A DNA stretch of 34,790 nucleotides, counting the filler, from an uncultured Chlamydiae bacterium (GTDB lineage: Bacteria; Chlamydiota; Chlamydiia; Chlamydiales; SM23-39): assembly GCA_937899275.1 (NCBI GenBank). It is 3 parts of 3 records of this genome, joined end to end, with 100 filler letters (N's around TTAATTAATTAA, not from the genome) between each part and the next. Parts side by side here need not be neighbours in the genome. Positions count along the whole stretch, not along the records: positions 1 to 16,972 come from CALBPE010000118.1; 2 more parts are not named here. One strand, 5' to 3'. Numbering within the stretch: position 1 is the stretch's first letter; each line of letters begins with the position of its first letter. Shown piece after piece: positions 1-6,992 of the stretch. The position numbers were made by a program, and so were the translations under genes. Below the pieces are notes generated by a model, which ran no database searches, was not told the origin of the DNA, and worked only from the letters and a program-made list of their open reading frames with translations.

Positions 1-1226
1 TTACCTTCTCCGTCAGCCGCGTTAACATCTGCTCCCTTGCTAAGAAGTAATTTTACCATTGCGAAATGACCGTTGTATACGTGCTGGTAACCCCAGCAAC
101 CTCCTCCTCTTGCTGCCCAGTGTAGTGGTGTCTTACCTAGTTCGTCAGTCACATCAATCTTTGCACCATTATCCAGGAGTAATTTAGCAATTAAGCAATG
201 ATCTTTGTATGCTGCCCTGTTGTCTTTGTGTGTTGTTCTGTATAGCGGCGTCTCACCGATATTGTTTGCTTGATTTGGGTTAGCTCCTTGTTCGAGAAGG
301 TATTTAACGACGCTTACACGCTCATGCAGCACAGCATAGTGCAAAGGCCTCTCACCTCTTGCATCAGCCGCGTTAATATCTGCTCCCTGGTGAAGAAGTA
401 ATTTTACAATACCTATATCGCCTCGTTTACTAGCAGCCAGCAATAACGTATTAAGCTGAGCTTCGGTTAGGAAATGTAGGTTATGGACGGTTCTTCTAGC
501 ATTTACTTCTTGTTTAGAAAAGAAGGGAACCCTATAGGAATTCTCGTGGTATACACATACTTTAATGGGTAGAGTATAAGTTTTTCCGAGTAGTTTGACG
601 GCTGTAAAAAGCTCTGTAAGGTATTTATTTGCACTTTGAATCTCTAGATTACCTTCATTCCAGCCCAGATTCCAGCCTAGTTGGTTTACTTCTCTCATGA
701 TTAATTTTTTATTAGCAATAGCTCTTGTCTGTTGATCCACTCTAGACAAACTACTTAAGTCGGAAGCAGAAAGGTATGCACAAATGTGACTTAACGATTC
801 AGCGGAAATAGATGAAAGGTTAGTTTTTTTTCCAGAAAGGTTGGTTCTTTTGCCAGCTAATTGTATTAATTTTTTATTAGCAATAGCTCCTATCTCTTTA
901 TTCACTCTACCCAAACTATTTAAGTCGGAAGTAGAAAGGCATGCACAAATGTTACTTAACGATTCAGCGGAAATAGATGAAAGGTTAGTCTCTCTAGCAG
1001 CTTCGCTTTTAAATTTTTTAATCTGCTCGACCTTATACTTGGCAGCTAAAGAGTAAAATAATAGGGCGCCGCCTATTCCAAGAGTAAAAATCCCAACTAG
1101 TATAGAAAGCGCGATGATTTGCGTCTTTTTTTCTGTTGTTATAGATAGTATTTGCCCACCTGGCATTTGATGAGAAAATGGATTCTTCCTATGACTTTCT
1201 GTAAATAATATACCGTTTGATTCCAT
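1..1226 (-). CDS. Hydrophobic anchor + tandem double F-box-like + ankyrin-repeat protein (3' end runs off the window); putative secreted effector
   Basis: Not in the ORF track because it has no stop in the window. Manual translation from ATG 1226 is open to base 1: MESNGILFTESHRKNPFSHQMPGGQ..IIALSILVGIFTLGIGGALLFYSLAAKYK..NLSSISAESLSNICACLSTSDLNSLGRVNK (second copy NLSSISAESLSHICAYLSASDLSSLSRVDQ)..LLHQGADINAADARGERPLHYAV..GKTPLHWAA. Clear paralogue of 1667..2854. Confidence 0.88.
   Translation of the reverse strand, partial: MESNGILFTESHRKNPFSHQMPGGQILSITTEKKTQIIALSILVGIFTLGIGGALLFYSLAAKYKVEQIKKFKSEAARETNLSSISAESLSNICACLSTSDLNSLGRVNKEIGAIANKKLIQLAGKRTNLSGKKTNLSSISAESLSHICAYLSASDLSSLSRVDQQTRAIANKKLIMREVNQLGWNLGWNEGNLEIQSANKYLTELFTAVKLLGKTYTLPIKVCVYHENSYRVPFFSKQEVNARRTVHNLHFLTEAQLNTLLLAASKRGDIGIVKLLLHQGADINAADARGERPLHYAVLHERVSVVKYLLEQGANPNQANNIGETPLYRTTHKDNRAAYKDHCLIAKLLLDNGAKIDVTDELGKTPLHWAARGGGCWGYQHVYNGHFAMVKLLLSKGADVNAADGEG
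700..989 (-). repeat. In-frame tandem duplication (165-nt period) of the F-box-like segment
   Basis: 700..824 and 865..989 are similar and share an identical 36-mer ACTTAACGATTCAGCGGAAATAGATGAAAGGTTAGT at 789..824 and 954..989. Confidence 0.9.
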
Positions 1227-1380
1227 ATTAATTTAAAAATGTTTTTAATATTTTTGTATATTATATAACTTTATTATTTAAATGTAAACAATTATTTTTA
1301 TAATTAAATATTTAAGTATTTGATTTTAATAATCATACGTTTTTTATAGAAAAACCTGTTTTATGAATTTACCCTAGAAG

Positions 1381-1613
1381 AACAGGAGAAATGGCAAGAA
1401 GTCATTGGCCAATAGAAATCCGGCTATACGGGAACATGGACGTCAATTTTCCTGAGCAAACCTGGCCACTACACTAATCTGTATTGATCTTGGATTTACC
1501 CGAGCGACGCAAACAGAATAAGGCAAGCTCCTTAGCATGACTCTTCGACACTAAGATTATTTGCAAGAATATTTGAGATGGAACTGTAAAGGGATCTTAC
1601 TAAAAACGCCCTG
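1381..1613 (+). mobile_element. Decayed ISAs1-family transposase 3' fragment (copy A)
   Basis: Translates to TGEMARSHWPIEIRLYGNMDVNFPE, matching the ISAs1 motif RxHWxIENxLHWxLDVxFxED, followed by frameshifts and stops. Ends in GCCCTG (1608..1613), resembling an ISAs1 right end. Confidence 0.72.
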
Positions 1614-1627
1614 CGTTTTTAGTAAGA
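1595..1627. terminator. Perfect 15-bp inverted repeat, probable intrinsic terminator of the 1667..2854 gene
   Basis: TCTTACTAAAAACGC-CCT-GCGTTTTTAGTAAGA, 40 nt past the stop codon at 1667, with an A/T tract on each side of the GC core. Confidence 0.65.
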
Positions 1628-1666
1628 AAATGCGAAGACTTAAATACGATTTCGTACTACCTAAAT

Positions 1667-2854
1667 TTAAGCAATCGACCTTATTTCTGCATTTACTCTA
1701 AGTAATTCGGCTAAGTTGTTGTCGCGGCTTAGGCCAGAAACCCTACTAAGAGGTGTTTGGCCCCTGTTGTTAACTCGCGTAACATCTGCATGATGCCAAA
1801 GGAGTAATGCAGCAATTTCGTAACGGCCATGATATGCTGCGTAGTGTAGCGGTGTATTATTGTCATTGGTTAATTGATTTGGGTTGGCTCCTTGTTGGAG
1901 AAGGTGGTTAACGACGCGTAAACGCCCAGATAGCACAGCATAGTGCAAGGGAGTACAGCCTTTTTGACTAACCGCGTTAATATTTGCACGATACTGAAGA
2001 AGCAATTTTACCATTGCGAAATAACCTTTGTATGCTGCCCTGTGTAGTGGTGTCTCACGGATATTGTCTGCTTTATTTGGGTTGGCTCCTCGTTTGAGAA
2101 GGTATTGAACGACGCTTAAACGCCCAGACAGTACAGCAAAGTGCAAAACCCCCTTGTTGCTTTGGGTAGCCGCGTTAATATCTGCATGATACTGAAAAAG
2201 CAATTTTACAATACCCGTATGGCCTCGTCCGCTAGCATCTAGTAATAACCCATTAAGCTGAAGTTTGGTTAGGAAATGTAGGTTGCCGGCGGTTTTTCTA
2301 GCATTTACTTCTTTAAAAAAGAAGGGAATCCAAGAGGAAGTGTTGCAGTATACGCATACGCCACTGGGTAGAGTATAATTTTTTCCGAGCAGTTTGACGG
2401 CTGTAAAAAGCTTTGTAAGGTATTTATTTGCACTTTGAATATCTAGATGAGCTTCATTCAAGCCCAGATTCCAGTTCAGTTGGTTTACTTCTCTCATGAT
2501 TAATTTTTTATTAGCAATAGCTCCTAGCCGTTTATTCACTCTAGCCAATCTACTTAAGTCGGGAGCAGGAAGGTATGCACAAATTTCACCCATCAACATA
2601 TTGGAAAGAGGTGAACGTTTGGTTTTTTGGCTAGCTAATTCAAATTTTTTAATCTGCTCGACCTTATACTTGGCAGCTAAAGAGTAAAATAATAGGACGC
2701 CGCCTATTCCAAGGGTAAAAATCCCAACTAGTACGGAAAGCGCGATGATTTGCATCTTTTTTTCCGTTGTACATAGTATTTTCCCATTTGGCATTTGATG
2801 AGAAAATGGGCGCTCCATGTGTTCTTTTGAAAGTAATACTTCACTAAATTTCAT
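1667..2854 (-). CDS. Hydrophobic anchor + F-box-like + ankyrin-repeat protein; putative secreted effector
   Basis: Hydrophobic segment IIALSVLVGIFTLGIGGVLLFYSLAA; F-box-like LSNMLMGEICAYLPAPDLSRLARVNKRL; about 5-6 ankyrin repeats (ETPLHRAA, GCTPLHYAV, NTPLHYAA, GQTPL). An internal 198-nt (two-repeat) duplication is visible at 1877 vs 2075. Confidence 0.92.
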   Translation of the reverse strand: MKFSEVLLSKEHMERPFSHQMPNGKILCTTEKKMQIIALSVLVGIFTLGIGGVLLFYSLAAKYKVEQIKKFELASQKTKRSPLSNMLMGEICAYLPAPDLSRLARVNKRLGAIANKKLIMREVNQLNWNLGLNEAHLDIQSANKYLTKLFTAVKLLGKNYTLPSGVCVYCNTSSWIPFFFKEVNARKTAGNLHFLTKLQLNGLLLDASGRGHTGIVKLLFQYHADINAATQSNKGVLHFAVLSGRLSVVQYLLKRGANPNKADNIRETPLHRAAYKGYFAMVKLLLQYRANINAVSQKGCTPLHYAVLSGRLRVVNHLLQQGANPNQLTNDNNTPLHYAAYHGRYEIAALLLWHHADVTRVNNRGQTPLSRVSGLSRDNNLAELLRVNAEIRSIA

Positions 2855-3019
2855 ATTAATAATTTAAATGCACTTTAACTTTATATTTAATATAAATTAT
2901 CTCCATTTAATTTAATACATTTCTGCATAAAGATATATACAATAAATTTACCCTGGAAAGCGTGAGAAATTACATATTTTAGGCCTTTGCTAGAACAACA
3001 AGGAGGAAAGGGGCAATAA

Positions 3020-3270
3020 CTGACTCCAGAAAAAACAGGAGAAATGGTTAGAAGTCATTGAACAATAGAAACCAGGCTCCCCTGGAACATAGACGTCAAT
3101 TTTCCTGAAGATGCAAACCTGGCCATTACACTAATCCGTATTGATCTTGGATTTGCACGAAGCGCCGCAAACAGAAGAAGGTAAGCTGCTTAGTATGACT
3201 CTTCGACACCAAGATTATTTGCAAGAATATTTAAGACAGAACTGCAAAAGGAATTTTAATAAAAAAACCT
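3020..3270 (+). mobile_element. Decayed ISAs1-family transposase 3' fragment (copy B)
   Basis: Reads LTPEKTGEMVRSH*TIETRLPWNIDVNFPEDANLAITLIRIDLGFARSAANRRR*AA*YDS. About 215 nt are clearly homologous to 1381..1594. Confidence 0.75.
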
Positions 3271-3326
3271 AAATAAATTCCAAATAAAGTTTGTTTCGAG
3301 TAATATATTAATTACTATAAGTTAGC

Positions 3327-4169
3327 GTGTGTATGATTCTTTTTAAACCCCTTACCTTTCCCCCCATTATTTGCTCTCGACCTCAGGTAGAGGCGTTTCA
3401 GACAAAATATAAGATCTTACAGATCACATCAATTGCACTAGCCGCTTTGGCAACTTCTGTCATCGCAGCTTCCTTTGTTTATACGATTCCCTTAGCTGTA
3501 ACCGTTTCACTCGCAATAGGAGCAGCTCTTCTTTTCCGAGACGTAAGAAGCATGCCCAGCAAAGTCAGATCAGCGATTGAACATTGGATTGATAAAAACA
3601 AAGAACATCACGAGGATTGGATCAAAGCTTTTGGAAATATTCCAAAAGGTAGCGATAAGGATGCGTTCTTGAGAGAAGCATACCTCAAAAACTACAGCAC
3701 AGATCGTGCTGCCGCAGAAAAGCGTTTAGCCGGTGATCTAAGTATTAAATTTTCTCGATACCTCTCACCAGCATCAAAAAAGATCGCCCTTGAAATGGAT
3801 TCTAATAACAAACCATTTTCAGATACGTCAGAGAAAAAGCTTCATAAAGAAATTGAGGAACTACGCACAAAAGGACATATTTCGAATGCGACAGCATCTC
3901 CAAAAGAGGCACAAAAGGTGAAAGAGGAAATTAAACAAGGCACAACGCTCTTGATTTTTCGAAATCTTTTTGAAGATTGTCCTGAATGGCTAATCTTAGC
4001 GAACCCATCTATGGTAAGCATATTCGGAATGGGGCAACCAGCTAATAGTCAATCATTAATTGAAATAGCAAAAGTTGTGAGGGAAGTGCTTACGCAGTTC
4101 AGCTTTGCAGCTTTAAAACCCGCTTTATTTGAAGGAAACTTACTTCTCCGTTCTTGGATGGTTCCCTAG
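3327..4169 (+). CDS. Inc-like (bilobed hydrophobic domain) membrane protein, paralogue 1
   Basis: About 40-aa hydrophobic stretch ILQITSIALAALATSVIAASFVYTIPLAVTVSLAIGAALLF with a central Pro; C-terminus ALFEGNLLLRSWMVP shared with neighbours. Start may be ATG 3333. Confidence 0.8.
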   Translation: MCMILFKPLTFPPIICSRPQVEAFQTKYKILQITSIALAALATSVIAASFVYTIPLAVTVSLAIGAALLFRDVRSMPSKVRSAIEHWIDKNKEHHEDWIKAFGNIPKGSDKDAFLREAYLKNYSTDRAAAEKRLAGDLSIKFSRYLSPASKKIALEMDSNNKPFSDTSEKKLHKEIEELRTKGHISNATASPKEAQKVKEEIKQGTTLLIFRNLFEDCPEWLILANPSMVSIFGMGQPANSQSLIEIAKVVREVLTQFSFAALKPALFEGNLLLRSWMVP

Positions 4170-4261
4170 GTTTTTTGACAGCGCCTTTTTGTAGGCGGAT
4201 TACCGCCAATCTCAGAAAATTTCAGACAATATCTCCCTATTCTATACCTTTTTATTCACTT

Positions 4262-4351
4262 AGAAGCGCCGCAAATCGACAAAGCCAAGCTAATTGGCAT
4301 AACTCTTGCGTACTAAAATTATTTTCTAGAAGATTTGAGGCTAAACTATGA
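4262..4351 (+). mobile_element. Short ISAs1-family transposase C-terminal remnant (copy C)
   Basis: GAAGCGCCGCAAA..AAGCT..ACTCTT..ATTATTT..AGAA aligns with 3158..3236; RSAANRQSQANWHNSCVLKLFSRRFE vs copy B RSAANRRR*AA*YDSSTPRLFARIFK. Confidence 0.6.
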
Positions 4352-4454
4352 AGAAATGTATATCAAATATCTCAAGATATCATCAGTATGATACAAATTT
4401 AGTTAAAATATTTTCATTATATAAAAGATAAATCCATCACAAATTTAATAACCA

Positions 4455-4484
4455 TTGAAAAGCTCTATCCAAAAATGGTAAAAT
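4455..4484 (+). promoter_or_regulatory. Candidate sigma66/sigma70-type promoter for paralogue 2
   Basis: TTGAAA-18nt-TAAAAT with TGn before the -10; the AT-rich context lowers specificity. Confidence 0.35.
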
Positions 4485-4511
4485 ATTTACCAAATCACCT
4501 TAAAATGCAGG

Positions 4512-5300
4512 ATGTATATGAGCTCTATTATTTGCCTTGAGCCGATTTCTTTTCATAATGAAATTGCAAAGAACCCCGATGTGAAGGCATTTCAAAAGAA
4601 CTATAAAATTTTACAGATCACATCTATCGCATTAGCCGCTTTAGCAGCCTCTTTGATTGCAGCTTCTTTTGTTTACACCATTCCTTTGGCTGCAACCGGT
4701 TTAGTCACAATAGCAGCGGCAGCTTTTTTTCGAGATGTAAGAAACATTTCCCTAAATGCTCCCAACGTTCTAAAAAGCTGGATCGATCAAAATAAAGAAA
4801 AATACGTAGAGTGGGCTCGTTCTATTTGTAAAATCGATCCAGGATCCACAAAAACAGAAGTTTTTATTGCATTTAGAAAAAAATGCGAAAAGATTATTTC
4901 GGGGACTTTGAAACAGTTTGGCTATCCACCTTGTTCTAAAAGACACCTAGTGCGCACATTTCCAAAACTCTTTCCTCAACACATCTGCAAATTAGCAAAC
5001 GATTCCAATTTGCATATCAGCAACAAAGAATACGACAAATACTTTCAGCAGTTATACTCAACAGGAAAACCATTAGAAGTCACAACGACAGAAACTCCAC
5101 AAAAAGTCCGAGACAAGGTGAACCAAGCAGCAGCCGTTTATCTATTTAAATACATTTTCGAGCATCCAATGGAGCTCCGCAATTCGAAACACGATATACA
5201 TAAATTAGAAAAAGCAGTCAGCAAAGGCTTCAATATCGCTAGTACAAAAAAATCTTTATTTGAAGGAAACTTACTTCTCCGTTCTTGGATGGTTCCCTAG
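4512..5300 (+). CDS. Inc-like membrane protein, paralogue 2
   Basis: YKILQITSIALAALAASLIAASFVYTIPLAATGLVTIAAAAFFRDVR; ends SLFEGNLLLRSWMVP. Confidence 0.8.
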   Translation: MYMSSIICLEPISFHNEIAKNPDVKAFQKNYKILQITSIALAALAASLIAASFVYTIPLAATGLVTIAAAAFFRDVRNISLNAPNVLKSWIDQNKEKYVEWARSICKIDPGSTKTEVFIAFRKKCEKIISGTLKQFGYPPCSKRHLVRTFPKLFPQHICKLANDSNLHISNKEYDKYFQQLYSTGKPLEVTTTETPQKVRDKVNQAAAVYLFKYIFEHPMELRNSKHDIHKLEKAVSKGFNIASTKKSLFEGNLLLRSWMVP

Positions 5301-5412
5301 GTTTTTTGATAGCGTTTTTAGCTTGGTGTTTTTATATTAGATAGCCTGGAAATGCTCTTCCTAGAGCAATTAAACCTAAAGAAAAAATGATCTAAATGCT
5401 TAGGAGCTACCT

Positions 5413-6234
5413 ATGCCTTCCTTGATTTGCTTTAAACCTATTGACTTTCCCCCTATTATTTCCGATCGATCTGACGTAAAGACATTTCAAAATACATATA
5501 GGCTTTTACAGATCACATCGATTGCATTAACCGCTTTGGCAATTTCCGTCAGCGCAGCTTCTTTTATTTATACGATTCCCTTTACTGCAATGCTATTACT
5601 AACAATAGGGGCATTTTTGCTTTTTGAAGACGTAAAGAATATGTCTGACAAGCTCGAATTAGCAATTGAAAAGTGGATCGATAAAAATCAGGACCAACAT
5701 AGAGATTGGATCAGTACCTTTGGCGATGTTACAGAAAATACCGATCTATCCGACTTCTTGAGCTCTCAATACTTTTCAACAGAAATACGTCCCACATTAG
5801 TTGCCGATAGTGGAAAAGATGCGTTAGGCTTCTATTTATTTCATAAATTCACTCAGGATTTTTCATCAAAAGCGCGAGATTTATGTAAAACATACCATAT
5901 CGATAGCGAAGAAACTGCACTGAAGATGATGCGAATGAAAACATACAAGAAAGATATTCAAAAGGCGATACAAACAATCAACGAAGATCTTGAGGGGCTA
6001 TATCAAAACGGCAAAGCTCCCAATGCAAATACATCTACAAAAGACGCAATAAACGTGAAGAGCTCAATTAAAAAAGCTAGAACGCTTTTTATCTTACGCC
6101 ATGCCTTTACCAGTTCTACAAGAGGTAAAGTACAAACGCTGCGACAGAAAATGCTTGGGAAATTCAGTTTTTCCGCTGTAAAGCCCGCTTTATTTGAAGG
6201 AAATTGGCTCTTGTATCCTTGGATGGTTCCCTAG
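5413..6234 (+). CDS. Inc-like membrane protein, paralogue 3
   Basis: AGGAG RBS upstream; LLQITSIALTALAISVSAASFIYTIPFTAMLLLTIGAFLLF; ends ALFEGNWLLYPWMVP. Confidence 0.82.
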   Translation: MPSLICFKPIDFPPIISDRSDVKTFQNTYRLLQITSIALTALAISVSAASFIYTIPFTAMLLLTIGAFLLFEDVKNMSDKLELAIEKWIDKNQDQHRDWISTFGDVTENTDLSDFLSSQYFSTEIRPTLVADSGKDALGFYLFHKFTQDFSSKARDLCKTYHIDSEETALKMMRMKTYKKDIQKAIQTINEDLEGLYQNGKAPNANTSTKDAINVKSSIKKARTLFILRHAFTSSTRGKVQTLRQKMLGKFSFSAVKPALFEGNWLLYPWMVP

Positions 6235-6414
6235 GTTTTGCAAGCGCTTTTTTGCATGCAGGCTGCACAATTTTAGATAATATCCTCTTAATTTATATAT
6301 TTTTTCACCACCTAAACTGTTAATAAATAAAGATGTTAGCTTTTATTAATATTTTTATTTTAATAAAATGCTTTTAGATTTTATTATTAAGATATATTAA
6401 AAAAGGGTGATGAT

Positions 6415-6567
6415 ATGTCTAGAATACCTCCTACTTCAACTCTTTGTAGGCGTTTACAAAATACGATAGCGCGCGAAATGCGCCATCAAAGTCAGATTTC
6501 AAAACATCTACCTGAAGTCGCCAAAAAGGTAGATGAGCTATCTCAAAAAATTTTTCCAAGATCGTAA
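6415..6567 (+). CDS. Small hypothetical protein (50 aa)
   Basis: Below the ORF-track cutoff: MSRIPPTSTLCRRLQNTIAREMRHQSQISKHLPEVAKKVDELSQKIFPRS. Preceded by AAGGGTGA and a very AT-rich leader; composition shifts at the ATG. Confidence 0.5.
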   Translation: MSRIPPTSTLCRRLQNTIAREMRHQSQISKHLPEVAKKVDELSQKIFPRS

Positions 6568-6577
6568 GTCTTGCCCC

Positions 6578-6605
6578 TTGCGTTAAATAAAATATTTGCT
6601 ATAAG
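6578..6605 (+). promoter_or_regulatory. Candidate sigma66-type promoter for the 6641 ORF
   Basis: TTGCGT-16nt-TATAAG with extended TGn, 35 nt before the ATG. Confidence 0.45.
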
Positions 6606-6640
6606 TGAGGTAGCAATTTTACTCACAGACAGGAGAATAT

Positions 6641-6898
6641 ATGATCCAAAGAGTATCCCAAAATCCTGAAAATCACGGCCATAACCCCTCTTCTAAGCCC
6701 GCTTCACCAAGTAGCTTATTGAAAAAGTCGGCTCAACATACGACAGAAGTCGCAAAAGGCGCTTTTACCTGGGTGCAAGGAGCTTCAGCTTCTGGAGCTT
6801 CTGGAGCGAAAAAAAGAAAAATCACGCCCACTCCTACAGAGCAAACGTCGAAAATATTTACAGTATTTAACGAGAAGTTTCCTGGTAAACTTCTTTAA
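6641..6898 (+). CDS. Small Ser/Pro/Lys-rich hypothetical protein with NLS-like motif
   Basis: Strong RBS AGGAGA; disordered N-terminus; motif GAKKRKITP. Confidence 0.7.
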   Translation: MIQRVSQNPENHGHNPSSKPASPSSLLKKSAQHTTEVAKGAFTWVQGASASGASGAKKRKITPTPTEQTSKIFTVFNEKFPGKLL

Positions 6899-6900
6899 TC

Positions 6901-6968
6901 TGCAGTAGGACATGTGCTATTGCAGTAGTAAAACTGATAGATGTGCGCCTTGATTTGGTGTACATCTA
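6901..6968 (+). terminator. Two adjacent hairpins between convergent genes
   Basis: TGCAGTAG/CTATTGCA (6901..6924) and TAGATGTGCGCC/GGTGTACATCTA (6938..6968). All mismatches are G-U pairs on the + strand; no U-tract. Confidence 0.35.
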
Positions 6969-6992
6969 CTCATGAACCTTCCTGGAACTTTC

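Noticed and set aside
841..1056. Paralogous small + strand ORFs at 841..1056 and 2496..2687
   Set aside because: They are antisense shadows of the two ankyrin genes; their similarity just reflects the real paralogy on the minus strand.
1381..3270. Duplicated ~215-nt intergenic segment as a novel ncRNA or riboswitch
   Set aside because: Better explained as a decayed ISAs1 transposase coding fragment; no compensatory base-pairing was seen between the copies.
4182..4207. Mutually exclusive mini-hairpins CGCCT/AGGCG and GGCGG/CCGCC after Inc-like paralogue 1
   Set aside because: Stems are only 5 bp and are not preserved after paralogues 2 and 3; too weak to call a switch.
4154..4351. 65-aa ORF as a real gene
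   Set aside because: A chance fusion of the Inc-like gene 3' end with the ISAs1 C-terminal remnant; no RBS.
3327..6240. CRISPR array, integron cassettes or a diversity-generating retroelement behind the repeated gene ends
   Set aside because: The repeats are coding gene termini ~1 kb apart. There are no attC-like inverted cores, no adenine-specific TR/VR pair, and no cas, integrase or reverse transcriptase gene in the window.
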